From Chiloscyllium plagiosum (taxonomy: Eukaryota), in assembly GCF_004010195.1 (NCBI RefSeq), contig NC_057739.1:5879227-5943226 (forward strand): DNA of 64,000 nt, read 5' to 3'. How positions within the stretch are numbered: the first letter of the stretch is position 1; each line of letters begins with the position of its first letter. The translations under genes were made by a program, and so were the position numbers. The notes beneath the pieces were generated by a model. It made no database searches. It saw only the letters and a program-made list of their open reading frames with translations, and was not told the origin of the DNA. Shown piece after piece: positions 49,110 through 61,690 of this stretch.

Positions 49110-51875
49110 CTAGGAATATACAAACTTTAATGCACCTCTTTATATTTACACTTGGTACAGCTCTTATTGCATTATCCCATAGATGTAGATCAATTTCTAA
49201 GATCGTTATGGTACTCTTGCAACATTAGACAGACCTTAGAACCAACATAATGCTCCAAGTATAAGTACTGGGCAGACAGAAACCACTTTATTCAACTTTC
49301 ACTAAAACCCTTATACTCAGGCACTTGAATGCATCCATGCTTTAGCTATCCAAAAAATGAATTAATGGTTTCTCTTTCCTCCTCTAAACATCTCCAGGAC
49401 AATGTTTTTTCATTCACTGAATCTGAGCATCATTAATAAAGCTTGCATTGATTGCCCATCACTGACTGCTCTTGAGGAAGTGTTAGTGAGCTGCCTTCTT
49501 GCATACAATTCAATATTTTATCTGCCCTCTGAAATAGCCTTACAAGAGTCAATTACATCATTGTGGGTATGGAGTCTCACATATACCAGGATGGCAGACT
49601 TCCTTCCCAAATAAAGGGCATTTGTGAACCAAACGGGTTTCATGATAATCTAACAGTTTTGCAGTTGTTACTACTGGGACTGGCTCATTACTCCAAATAC
49701 GTTTAACTGAATTTAAATTCCCCAGCTGCTATAGTTTAGAACTCAAATTTCTGGACTGATGAGTTGAAATAAAATTGTATCTCAATGCAGGAATATAATT
49801 TTTAAAAAGCCACTGTCCCTTTAGACTTTACCTCAAAATCTCTGCTGCTGACTCCATGACTTCTACCTAGCTAATACCGCATGCCAAATCAGAACATTTG
49901 CAAGTTTGGCCTCCGATTTGAGCAGAGATGAATTTTAAACACCATATCTAATCCAGTATCAAGATTGATTATTTTTACTCCCATAACACTTCCCATCTCC
50001 AACCCAAATCAGCTTCTCTTATGATTGACATGAATTTGACATCCAGACCCTTGTGCTGGCCTCATGTTCCATTAATGAAACCATCCACAATTTTGTTGCA
50101 AGTATTCTCTTGTACAAAGAACTTTTGCAAGTCCATAACTTGTTTATGTACCATTACATATTTATACATAAGCACACATTTCCATTTCCCTTCCTGAACA
50201 GTGCATTCTCAGACCCTGACATTTTGTGCCACGTATCTTGGTCTGGTAATTATGAATATATTTCATTGAGTTTGAATGACAAGATGGGGTTGAGAGAGTA
50301 AAGACATTGAAAGGTTAATTATGGAGGAAAGAGCTTTGAGTTATCGATAAGCTAAGCCTGGGATAATATATACTTTTGACTGAGGACAGCAATGCACACT
50401 TAGTGTGACAGAGTCAAAAGGGGCAGTAGTTGGGAACAGAATAAGAATGAATATCGTGGATATGGACCATTGAATGAATTTGAAGTAACATTGCCCGCTT
50501 GCCTGTCCCCATGACCCCAATCCTAAAACGTTTTTGATGAATGAGAAACAAAATATTACACATTTGGTAAATCTGTATCAAAGACAGCAAACACTCAAAT
50601 CACTGATAGCAGGTCAGACACCAAATGATCAAAAGACTCGTCAGTTAAGGTTTTGGGTGTCAAATCATTTTCTGAAACTAAAACGATATAGATTAACTGT
50701 ATCCAAGAAACAGAAAAGGGGAAGAGTAAAGAAAAGCATCCACCATCACAATGACTAGGCATATCGGAAACATAATTGAATGCCTTGTAAAGTACTCAGA
50801 TGCAGATCAGAAGACAATATGTGCAGGAAGTGAAATGATGTAGAAACATTTTGGCCCAGATTTTCGGATGGCCTGATAATCGTAGACAGGAGCTAAACAT
50901 AGGGACCCTGCAGAATCCCCATAGTAGTAGCTGCCAAAGGAATTGTCCGAGAAATTAAGATTCCAGTGGGCAATTTCCCCTCTGCTTGTAACCATCCAAA
51001 AGTATCCATTTAATTTCAGAGAATTCAGAGGGTTCTGCTGCAGTTAATAGTTACTGAGGAAATATTGAACTGTTGAATACCTAGTCTAATTCCAGTGTAA
51101 CTATTCAACTGACCCGTCTTACTTCACACTCTCCCAGACCATGACCTAACAGCCCCCTCTATCACTGTGAATTGACACAATCTCCAACATCACACCAACC
51201 CCAGATCCTGCCGTCAGGACCTCTATGCCTAGGATCCAACAGATACCACTGTCTCCACACCCCTCCTCTACTGACAGATCTTATCTCACCCCTACCTCAC
51301 CAGACCAAGTTAAACAGATTTTCAATAGATAGAGTCATATGATGTACACAGGAATGTAGAAGTTAGACCATAACTGGATCAGCCATGATCTTATTGAATA
51401 GCAAAACAGGCTCTATTAGCTTATTCCTGCTTCTAAGTTATATGTTTGCTTAACTTTCCCTGGCGACCAAGACTTCGGAACTATCTGTCTCTCTATCTCT
51501 GCTTCTTAATCAAAAGGGCAAGAAAGGTTTTGAGTTAGCTCTGCTGCTTCATAGTTTGACAAGATTTTTTATTACTCATTTATCAATATATTGGTTTATA
51601 AATTCTAAAGTCAAGAAAATTATGTTCATAGTTATAGCAAACTTCCAATACCCGGAAATTTGCTCACTAATATCCTCCAAGTCAGAAAACTTGAAATGCA
51701 ACCCCCTGCGTGAAAAGGTTGGATAAGCCTGCACTCCATCAATGTGAGTTCTTTTATTAATATCTTCCATCACACAGAGTCCCAAATTTCAAAGTCATTG
51801 TAAGAAAACCAATGATTTCATTACAATTACGGAAAATTGGCCACAGCACTTTAATGCTCACATAGAATTTCTTAC

Positions 51876-51961
51876 CATGAAGTTGCATAAAGAACAAAGA
51901 CACTTGCTGCTCGGGATATTGCACTGCGTGCTTCCTTTGAAACATTCACTCCATCTGGAAG
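51876..51961 (-). CDS. POLE3: POLE3 coding exon 2: LPDGVNVSKEARSAISRAASVFVLYATS
   Basis: ctcttag/gtaaga boundaries, 86 nt. Confidence 0.97.
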
Positions 51962-52265
51962 CTAAGAGAATAAATGCATTCATCCAATTGTACGCTCTCA
52001 AGTATAGAGACAAACTAGCTTTTGGGTATTAGTAAATTACAAACAGAACATTATTTATTATATAGCCAACATGCTTTAAGGAAGTTACTACTTTTTAATT
52101 GGGGTGTTAACAAAGAAGAGTGTGTTCCAGAACTTGAACATCCTCTGATAACCAATTTCAAACTGAATGTGACAGCAATGCGAAGTGCACCCCTTTATTA
52201 GTTATTCAAGTAACCTCGCCAGGTAATCAAAACTGCATTTATTCAAATTATCCTTACTAATAGAA

Positions 52266-52395
52266 ACAGTTCTGGAGAAGGGTCGCTGGACTCAAAACGT
52301 TAACTCTGCTTTCTCTCTACAGAAGCTTCCAGACCTGCTGATTTTCTTCATTAAATTTGTTTTTGTTTCAGATTTTTAGCGTCTATTCGTTGTTT
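52266..52395 (+). mobile_element. Penelope-derived element, family B, with hammerhead-like fold
   Basis: AGTT-CTGGAGA-A-GGGTC-GCTG-GACTC-AAAACGTT-AACT at 52268-52305. Confidence 0.7.
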
Positions 52396-52618
52396 TAACT
52401 TCACTTACCCAACTTCTTACTTTAAAAAGCAAAATTCTGTCAAGAAAAGCACTAGCTACCAGTGAATAACTAAGCAGTGAGAATTTCTTTTTATTAGAAT
52501 TTCTCTTCCATTTATTGTCAGGTATTAGTTGCATGAGGTAAAAAAATACAGTTCACAATCTAGTAGAATTAAGTGCGCAAAATTTGCGATTACAGATGCC
52601 TATCTAATTCATACTCAC

Positions 52619-52684
52619 CGCTTCTTTAATAATCCTAGTAATGACTGCATTTGGTAGATTCAAGTCTTCTGGTCGCTCAGCCAT
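52619..52684 (-). CDS. POLE3: POLE3 (CHRAC17, DNA polymerase epsilon subunit 3) first coding exon: MAERPEDLNLPNAVITRIIKEA
   Basis: Identical to the human N-terminus. Donor GTGAGT, and an acceptor 9 nt upstream of the ATG implies a non-coding exon 1. Total CDS is 456 nt, i.e. 151 aa plus stop. Confidence 0.98.
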
Positions 52685-53344
52685 CTTTCTCACCTAAACT
52701 ACAAATACAGAAACAACTCAGTTAGAAATGTCAAAGTCCAGGGCAGCTGAGACATTCCTTTCAACTCAAAAGTACCATAAAACCATGAGCCAAGATATAA
52801 TACCTTGCACAAACATTTCAGGAATATGGAAACTTTTAGATGAAAGCAATACATTCTTAATTGTTTGGGCATTTTGGTGATTTATTGACATCCCCACTTG
52901 GCCCGATGATCCCAAGTATAAGTTCACTACATATCACCGAGGATACATCTAATAGAGGACACTCCAGACTGGGACAAATCTACAGCATGAATAAGCCACG
53001 CTGGAAAGGATCTGCAGTGGGGATATTATACTGGGATAAATTTGCCATGGGTGTACTCTGAACTGTATCCAAATGGTTAGTTCTCCTCGTATTCCACGAG
53101 ATCTAACCTTGCTAAACAGTCTCCCATGGGGAACCTTGTCGAATGCCTTCACTGAAATCCATATAGATCACCTCCACCACTCTGCCCTCATCAATCCTTG
53201 GGATAATTGTGACACATGATCCAAAAGTCAAATGCCAAAGAGAGAATCAATTTTCACTGTCTGCTTCCAACAAATGTTATACTGCATACACAATCAGGCT
53301 TCTACATTTGTCTGGACCTTTACTGCAGTATTCTTGGCATTCTG

Positions 53345-53600
53345 AAGATTGTCTTAATGAAACATTAAACTGAGGATCCACCTCCCTGTGCATGCAAACA
53401 CAGCAAGATCCCTGGCACTAATAAAGGAGGAGCGCAGAACCCTCAATAAACATCACTAAAAAATGATTAACTGTTCCTATTGGTTTTTGTGGAACCCAGT
53501 TAGGCCCAAATTCAAATTAGCTGCTGGCCTGTACATACTTCAAAAGTAATTGATGGATTGAGAAATACTTTGAGATATCCCAAGGAAATGAAAGGACAAC
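53345..53600 (+). mobile_element. Deu-domain SINE relic
   Basis: atgaaacattaaactgagg..aagatccctggcacta..tacttcaaaagtaattgatgg..tttgagatatcc, Deu-SINE body and tail. Confidence 0.6.
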
Positions 53601-53959
53601 AAAATATAAACACTGCTCAATCTACTTAAGCTTATACACCCCACTTGCATGTCTTGTCATCCACTATCCAAGTTAATGATCAATATTAATTTTGATTCTA
53701 GCTCAGCCACTAACTATGAAAGTGAATTCCATGTCCTCACAATCGAGTGTTAAAGATGCTTCTTCTGATCTAATACTTGTACAGCCTGATGCCCAGGACC
53801 CCCTGAATCTCCACCGTCCGTGAAAGTCTCAACAGTAGTCACAATGTGTGCTGTCCAACATTGAATAAAGAATTTTACCTGACCTAATAACATTTAAAGT
53901 TGGATCCTCATTAACTGTTGTGATGATTTTACATTGAAAGGCTGGGTCTAACAAAAAAA

Positions 53960-54300
53960 GACAGGCATTTGTTTAACATCCTATACAACATCCAAACATT
54001 CCAAAATGCTTTTCAAAGAAGTGAAGCCGTTCTGTAATGCAGAAACAGAAGCTAATTTCTGCACAGCAAGCTTCCACAAACACAAATGGGATAGATAACC
54101 AGAGATGTTGGTTCAGGGATAAAATTAGAGCAGAACAATAAGGAGAGACCTCATCCCAATTCTACTGAAAAATTGTGGCATTGAACATTTCAAATGAAAG
54201 ATGCTGTTATTCACAATTCGGCCTCGGAAAGTGTTTAACATTTATCTGGGCTACTAAACAATTGTTCAACAGTCTCAGCGGTGCAGTCCTCCCTCAGCGC
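53960..54300 (-). mobile_element. Deu-domain SINE relic (parent of the adjacent minisatellite)
   Basis: gctaatttctgcacagcaagcttccacaaaca..gatgttggttcagggataaa..ggcctcgg..tttaaca is the reverse Deu-SINE consensus. Confidence 0.7.
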
Positions 54301-55146
54301 TGATCCTCCAATGGCGCAGCACCTCTCAGCACTGACCCGACAGCACAGCGCCTCCACCCCCTCCTCCAGCACTGACCCTCGGACAGCGTGGTGCTCCCTC
54401 GGCGCTGCCACTCTGACAGCGCGGCGCTCCCTCAGCACCGACCCTGACAGCGCAGCGCTCCCTCAGCACCGACCCTCCGACAGCGCGGTGCTCCCTCACC
54501 ACAGACCCTCCGATAGTGCGGCGCTCCCTCAGCACCGACCCTCCGACTGCACGGCGCTCCCTCACCACCGACCCTCCGACAGAGCGGCGCTACCTCACCA
54601 CCGACCCTCCGACAGTGCCCACTCCCTCAGCATTGATCGTCCGACAGAGCCCACTCCCTCAGCACTGACCCTCCAACAGTGCGGCGCTCCCTCAGCACTG
54701 ACTCTCCGAGGTTCCCACTCCCTCAGTGCTGACCCTCCGAAAACGCGGCGCTCCCTCAGCACTGACCCTCCGACAACGCGGTGCTCCCTCACCACAGACC
54801 CTCCGATAGTGCGGCGCTCCCTCAGCACTGACCCTCCGATAGTGCGGCGCTCCCTCAGCACCGACCCTCCGACTGCACGGCGCTCCCTCAGCACTGACCC
54901 TCCGACAGTGCGGCGCTCCCTCACCACCGACCCTCCGACAGAGCGGCGCTCCCTCACCACCGACCCTCCGACAGTGCCCACTCCCTCAGCATTGATCGTC
55001 CGACAGAGCCCACTCCCTCAGCACTGACCCTCCAACAGTGCGGCGCTCCCTCAGCACTGACTCTCCGAGGTTCCCACTCCCTCAGTGCTGACCCTCCGAC
55101 CGTGCGGCGCTCCCTCAGCACTGACCCTCCGACCGTGCGGCGCTCA
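54275..55146. repeat. 33-bp GC-rich minisatellite (~26 units, consensus CCCTCCGACAGTGCGGCGCTCCCTCAGCACTGA) with higher-order duplication
   Basis: Read directly. Block 54581-54740 recurs at 54940-55099 (359-bp period). Confidence 0.95.
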
Positions 55147-55149
55147 CCC

Positions 55150-55540
55150 TCCCTCAGATTGCCGGCTGCCCAGGTGATTCCCGGTTTTTTTTATCCGCCT
55201 CTCCCACGATCTAGCCCCGGGCGCTGACTGAAGTGAAGTGTCCACAAGCCGCCGGCGGCGCGGCACTGAAGCAGCTCATTAGAATAACGGCTGCCCCCCA
55301 CTCTCCCCTCCTCGCGCGCACTCACCAACCAGCATGTCCGTCCACGGCATCCGGGAACCTTTCACCTCTTACCTCCGCCGGATCGTCTGATTGGACGGTT
55401 GCTATGACATGTGATCGTTACATGAACACGTATCATCTGCTCGCGCTTGGCGGTGGGTTCCAGAGTGAGGCGCCATCTGAAGGCACTGGAGAAAATCCAC
55501 GAGTGCTGCTCTTCAAGATCATCCCGGTCCGGGAGTAAGA
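55150..55540. promoter_or_regulatory. POLE3: CpG island, probable POLE3 promoter and non-coding exon 1
   Basis: CpG-dense. ATTGG (CCAAT box) at ~55390, X-box-like GTTGCTATGACA at ~55398, CGCCATCT at ~55471. Candidate minus-strand donors at ~55146, ~55325 and ~55372. Confidence 0.7.
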
Positions 55541-55768
55541 AAAATGGTTCAAAAACCGTGTTCTTTCCCAACTTAACACCCCAACATTCACTTAAAACTA
55601 ACACTGCCCGGTCGGACTTATTCATATTGTCATGACCACGGGGCAAGAACCCAAAGTTCTGTTAATGTTTTTAACTAATAATTCCAAAGTTGGTTCTTAA
55701 AAAAAGTGTTACTGCCGTAAATAGCTGCAGATGTAAATCACTTGGCTATCTGGAGAGAGAGAGAGAAA

Positions 55769-55950
55769 GCGTCACGGTGGCTCAGTGGTTAGCACTGCTG
55801 CTTTGCAGCACCGAGGACCCAGGTTCATTTCCAGCCTCCACAGACTGTGGAGTTTGCACATTCTCCCCGTGATTGCGGGTTTCTCTACGGGGGGTCGGTG
55901 TGGCCCTCTTGGGCCGAAGGGCCTATTTCCACACGGTAGTGTATCTAATC
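55769..55950 (+). mobile_element. HE1/V-SINE, internally deleted
   Basis: GGTGGCTCAGTGGTTAGCACTGCTG head and GGGCCGAAGGGCC tail. Confidence 0.85.
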
Positions 55951-56247
55951 AAAGCCATGGAAGTTCACACTTAAAGGTGGAAAGGGAACCTCAATGAACA
56001 ATCTTGAACAGGCATGTTAAAAAGACTTAAGTACGCATTTGTTCTAAGCTGCATTTGAATGTTGGTGCTTTGAAGGACATAATCATTGTCTAGTCACCCC
56101 TGCATTGCAGGTAAAGGGAGCCTTGTAATCTAAGTGCTAATAACCAGCAGTTGGGTAACCAGAGAAAAGGTAGTAATTCATTCATGATAAAAAGAATCAG
56201 AACTACATGATGTCAATCAACATGCAAATGTAAGACTCGAAAACTTG

Positions 56248-56494
56248 GGGTAGCTCATTGATTAGTACTGCTGCCTCGCAGCACCAGGGTCCCAGGTTCG
56301 ATTTCAGCCTCAGGCGACTGTCTGTGTTGGTTTCCTCCCACAGTCCAAGGATGTGCAGGTCAGGTGAATTGGCCATACTAAATTGCCCATAGTGTTAGGT
56401 GCATTAGTCAGAGGGAAATGAGTCTGGGTGGGTTACTCTTCAGCGGGTCGGTGTGGACTTGTTGGGCCGAAGGGCCTGTTTCCACACTAATCTA
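56248..56494 (+). mobile_element. HE1/V-SINE
   Basis: B box GGTTCGATTTC, body and CR1-like tail. Confidence 0.85.
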
Positions 56495-56590
56495 AAAAAA
56501 ACTGTTCAACTACCAATATCAATGTCACCAATAAACTCCACTGTCACAACCATCAACTTTTTGGGAACAATTCAGAAGCTGATCTGTATA

Positions 56591-56945
56591 CAGCAAACAT
56601 TTAATTAACCGACACCTATGGGACCAGGAGTATGCTGGTTAATCAAATATTCCAGTTGATCAAGATGTCCACCTAATCAATGTAAAAACACACTAAGTAA
56701 TAAAAATGTAATGTTGGGTGTGTACACATCACTATTACACTGTATTTGCAACACTTAAAAAATAATGCAACTTTGCCTTAAATAAAACTTACTCGCAGAG
56801 AGTCTTCACTTGCACCATCATCTGAGTACTCAGACATCCTGGGGATCGCAATAGTACAATTAACATCAGGAATTTAGGTATATAATTTTTGCCATTTTAT
56901 CAAGTATGCCGGTTTGTAAGATGCTAGTTAAAACGAAATTTGCTT
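56591..56945. mobile_element. Old Tc1/mariner-type MITE
   Basis: TA-flanked degenerate TIRs CAGCAAACATTTAATTAACC and AGTTAAAACGAAATTTGCTT. Confidence 0.35.
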
Positions 56946-58059
56946 TATCTGCTTTCTAAAATTGTTATGTTTTAGATTGCACTTTGTTTCTAATCTGTAT
57001 GCTGCGTTACTAATTATTCTTATAGAATCAGAGATGTACAGCATAGAACCAGACCCTTCTGTCCAACTCGTCCATGCTGACAGATACTCTAAATTAATCT
57101 ACTCCCATTTACCAGCACTTGGCCCATATCCCTCTAAACCTTTTCTGTTCATGTAATCATCCAGATGCTTTTTAGATGTTGTAATTATACCAGCCTCCAC
57201 CACTGTATTGTAATTATTAAATGCATTATTTGTTTGCACATTTAAATTTATTCCTTTAAAAACATAAGTTCATTTGAGTCTGGGAGAAAGGCATCCACAA
57301 GAGAAAGGATTTGCTTTTGAATTAAACTTGTTGTGGTCAACATGGGTTGCATGAATAGGAAAAAGCAGTTCATTTTCCCTCCCTCCTTCCACTTCACCAA
57401 GGGGCTTAACAACTTGGACAAACTGTCTGGAACCATAACAAACTGGGGAATCTTGCCCAGGGTCCAAGCATCATAATACATCTAACACCAGACTCCTGCA
57501 ACAACTTTCCTATTTGGAAGTAGGTTCTTGGGGTAGAAAATTTGTCAGATTCTCTAATTTACAATGAAATAAATGTCAGAAATAAAATATAAATTGTCAT
57601 TGTGATGGAATCTTTTATTTCCAAATGAGAGGAATGTAGTGTTTAAACTTCTCCCTTGAAAGATGCAATTTCTGACATCAAAACTTGGAAATGTATTCAA
57701 AACTGAAAGGCAGAGTTTTAATTATTCTTATGTGTGATATCTTATGATTATGGGTAGATCTGGTGACATGATTTCCCAAGAAATGCACATTTTGTTGATT
57801 TCCCCAATTTCTGGTAGTTTAGAATCTACAAAGAACTTGTCTGTTGCAGTACTTTAATCTGAAGAGGAAGGGAGTTTTGTTCAAATTTACTGAAAACATC
57901 TTGTCATTTTTAAACTGATTTTATTTATCTTAAAATGTTCAAATTTCTGTTCCTCTGCACAGCAAACAATTTTTCTGGATTTTTGTTTTAAGATTGCCAA
58001 TAGCAAGAAAGGGACTTTGCCCTGTCTTACCAGTTACATATTACCAGTTACGTGGAAGC

Positions 58060-58388
58060 TATAGAATAGAATCCCCACAGAGTGGAAACAGGCCATTCCG
58101 CCCAACAAGTCAACACTGACCCTCCAAGAGTAGTCCACCCAAACCCATTCCCCCTATCCTGTTACTCTACATTTATCCCTGAACAATGCACCTAAACTAC
58201 ACATTGCTGAACATTATGGGCAATATAGCATGGTGAATTCACCGAACCTGCACATCTTTGGAATGTGGAAGGAAACCCAAGCAGACACAGGGAGAACATG
58301 CAAATTCCACACACACAGTCACCTGAGGGTGGAATCAAAACTGGGTCCCTAGCACTGTGAAGCAGCAGTGCTAACCACTGAGCCACCC
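58060..58388 (-). mobile_element. HE1/V-SINE, near full length
   Basis: Reverse head GGTGGCTCAGTGGTTAGCACTGCTG, V-domain and tail. Confidence 0.85.
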
Positions 58389-58722
58389 CTGATGGCCTAG
58401 TGGTATTATCGCTGGGCCATTAATCCAGAGACCAAGATAATGTTCTGAGGATCTGGGTTCAAATCCTGCATATGATGGAATTTGAATTCAATAAATATGT
58501 GGAATTAAAAATATAATGGTGATCATGAATCCATTGTCGATTGTTGGGAACAAACTCAACTGGTTCACTGATGTCCTCTAGGAAAGGAAACTGCCTGGTC
58601 TGACCTACATGTGACGTGGCTACATGGTTGACTCATAACAGCCCTCTGAGCAATTAGGGATGGGTAATAAATGCTGCCTAGCCAACAACGCCCTCATGCT
58701 GTGAATGAATAATGAAAAAAAA
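58389..58722 (+). mobile_element. tRNA-derived SINE with L2-type tail
   Basis: TGGCCTAGTGG A box, GGTTCAAATCC B box, tail gcaattagggatgggtaataaatgctg shared with the L2-like LINE ends at ~10130 and ~23790. Confidence 0.7.
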
Positions 58723-59819
58723 ATTACCAATGTTCCCTACTACAAACTGCATACATTGACCGGCATCTCCAAAACCTGATATTTAATACCTCTACTGGCC
58801 ACCCTTCCACAAAGGCTTGGTTCTTCCACACTCTGTAAAGATGCGCTCATCCAAATCATTGTTGCCTGTACATTAATGCACCAAAGTCTCTGCTAGTGCT
58901 ATTTAGTACAGTTTACATAAGATGAAGTTGGAATTTCTGCAGAAACATCAATGAATATTGAGCCAGGATGAACATTAACTATGACAGTGACAAGTGCTTG
59001 AGATAACTGCTAAGTCCACTGCATTGCTGTTCAAAGCCATCACATTAAGTACCAGTAAGTAAACTTAAAATAATATCCATGTTTATTTGTATTCCAATAT
59101 TTTTACAAACAAAAGTAATTGTGTTACAGAGAACTGTGAAATTATCATAACAGGGAAGCAAACACATTGAAATCATGTGTTCTGGGAAAGGCAATCTCTG
59201 TCTTGTCTCTTGGCAGTGATCTTAGTGTCACAGTGATCATTGACCTCTTAGTTGACCTTGACATATCTTAGCAAGCTGTTTGATTGTACCAAAAAGTAGT
59301 TCAAAAATTGGGTCATAGCCTCCTTCTCAACAGTAACTGGGATAAGCAATTAATGCCAGTGATGCACACATCCTGAGAATTCACTTCAAAATAATTTTTA
59401 AAAATATAAAATGTAAAAATGTGACATGGTTGCACATAGCTTTTTCTGCTAAGCAGCTGAGATGCTGAGAAATCTGCAGTGAGAAACAGACTGAAGGTAG
59501 ATCAATAAAGACAGATTATCACAAGATAATGTGCAGACAATATAACATCAAAGCAATGAAGAATCAGTAGAGACTGAGGAATAAAAAAGAGGAACCACAA
59601 AGAGAAAACATAAATATAAATGTAATATTAGAGGATATTTGTTCTCACAATGATAACACAGCAATATAGGCACAGAAAATATTTAATCCCATAAGGAAAA
59701 GCAGTCATGCAAGCAAGGGGGAAACTAATTTGTAGACAGAACCTCTGATCATGATACAGACGTTACTACTATTTGAAGTATTTTTCTGGTCCAGGAGGGA
59801 TGCTTTTCTGGAGTTGGAA

Positions 59820-59881
59820 TCAAGGCACATGGCTGTGACTACTTTCAATATCTGGGTGAAATGTTTCTGACTTATGAAAAC
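59820..59881 (-). CDS. Possible terminal exon of the repeat-protein gene: (G)FHKSETFHPDIESSHSHVP*
   Basis: ccaattcag acceptor, phase 1, compatible with a weak donor at 60106. AATAAA on the minus strand at 59082-59087. Confidence 0.35.
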
Positions 59882-60092
59882 CTGAATTGGACAATGGATA
59901 GCAAGAATATTTCATTCTTCAGTGTTAATGTGGTCCACCTTGACCAACATAACAAATGTAAGTTTACACCATTCCAAATCATGACTATCACCAGCATCAC
60001 AAAAGTCTTCATGTTTGATATCATTAAAAGAGACAGCAAAAAAGTGAGAGAAGAAACAATTTTAACTGATAATTTTCCACGCATCATTGGTG

Positions 60093-61690
60093 CTAAATCT
60101 CTGCACCTCTTAGATCCATCTCTGCAACATGTGAGGATATGCCTTCACTGGGAGCTGCAGAATCTTGTTCAACTCTTGTGGTTATGTCAGTGCTGTTCTG
60201 ACGGTCTTCAGACCTTTTGGAATTTTGGTGATCTAGGTTCAGAACATTATTTTCACTGGCAATACTGAGATCTTCCTTTCCATTTCTTCCAGTAACTTGA
60301 CTGATTTCATCACCAGACTGTATCTGTTCGGCAGTCAGAGATCCCATTTCTGTGATAGTACTGGGAATACCCTGGTAACTTCCTTCAGCAACTGAAAGAC
60401 TGCTGTTCAATAGTTTCTGTCCCACTACTGATGACCCCATTTCTGTGATAGTACTAGGAGTACCCTGGTAACTTCCTTCAACAAACGAAAGACTGTTTTC
60501 AGACAGTAGCTGTCCCACTATTGGTGGCCCCATTTCAGTGGTAGGACTGGGAGTACCCTGGTAACTTCCTTCAGCAACTGAATGGCTGTTTTCAAATAGT
60601 ATTTGTCCCACTGTTGGTGACCCCATTTCAGTGGCAGTACTGGGAGTATTCTGATAACTTCTTTCAGTAATTGAAAGACTGCTTTCCAATAGTTTCAGTC
60701 CCATTATTGATGATCCCATTTCAGGTGTTCTGGGAATACCTTGGTAACTTCCTTCAGCAACTGAAAGACTGCTTTCAAATAGTTTCAGTCCCATTATTGA
60801 TAACCCCATTTCAGGTGTTCTGGGAATACCCTGGTAACTTCCTTCAGCAAATAAAAGACTGTTTTCAGATAGTATCTGTCCCATTGTTGGTGATCCCATT
60901 TCAGTGGTAGTACTGGGAGTACCTTGGTAACTTCCTTCAGCAACTAAATGGCTAGTATCAGATGGTATCTGTTCAATTGTTGGCAACCTCATATCTGTGG
61001 TAGTACTGGGAGTACCTTGGTAACTTCCCTCAGCAACTAAATGGCTGGTACCAGATGGTATCTGTTCAACTGCTGGTGACCCCATTTCAGTGGTAGTACT
61101 GGGAGTATCTTGGTAACACCCTTCAGCAACTGAACAGCTGGTATCAGATAGTATCTGTCCCACTGTTGGCGACCCCATTTCTGTGATAGTACTGGGAGTA
61201 CCCTGGGAACTTTCTTCAGCAACTAAATGGCTGGTATCAGATAGTATCTGTCCCACTGTTGGTGACCCCATTTCACTGGTAGTACTGGGAGTATTCTGGT
61301 AACGTCCTTCAGCAACTGAACGGCTGGTATCAGATAGTATCTGCCCCACTGTTGGTGATCCCATTTCACTGGTAGTACTGGGAGTATTCTGGTAACGTCC
61401 TTCAGCAACTGAACGGCTGGTATCAGATAGTATCTGTCCCACTGTTGGTGACCCCATATCAGTGGTAGTACTGGGGAAATCCTGGGAGTTCCTCTCAGCA
61501 ACTGAAAGGCTGGTTTCAGAGGGTTTGTTTTCTACAGTCGGAGACTCCATATCAGTGGTCATACTGGAGACAACCTGGTGATTCCTCTCAGCAACTGTGG
61601 AGCCTTTTTGTTCCACAATCGGAGACCCCATTTCAGTGGTGCTACACAGAGGTTGCTCATCAATCTGCTTTGCAATTTGCACTTCATCTC
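60093..61690 (-). CDS. Large exon of an unidentified gene encoding ~14.5 copies of a 31-aa S/T/P-rich repeat
   Basis: Acceptor ttttctctttactgtcacccag ending at 61691. Open for >530 codons. 93-nt period with only in-frame indels. Confidence 0.8.

Noticed and set aside
54235-55027. 248-aa and overlapping ORFs (STDPPT/RRSL repeats)
   Set aside because: By-products of a GC-rich 33-bp minisatellite. They are open on both strands and units of 32 bp shift frame.
54275-55146. CRISPR-like array
   Set aside because: Head-to-tail units with no unique spacers, eukaryotic context and no cas genes.
55769-55840. tRNA genes suggested by A/B boxes (also at ~430-494, 56250 and 58320-58460)
   Set aside because: These are tRNA-derived SINE heads continuing into V-domain or LINE-derived tails.
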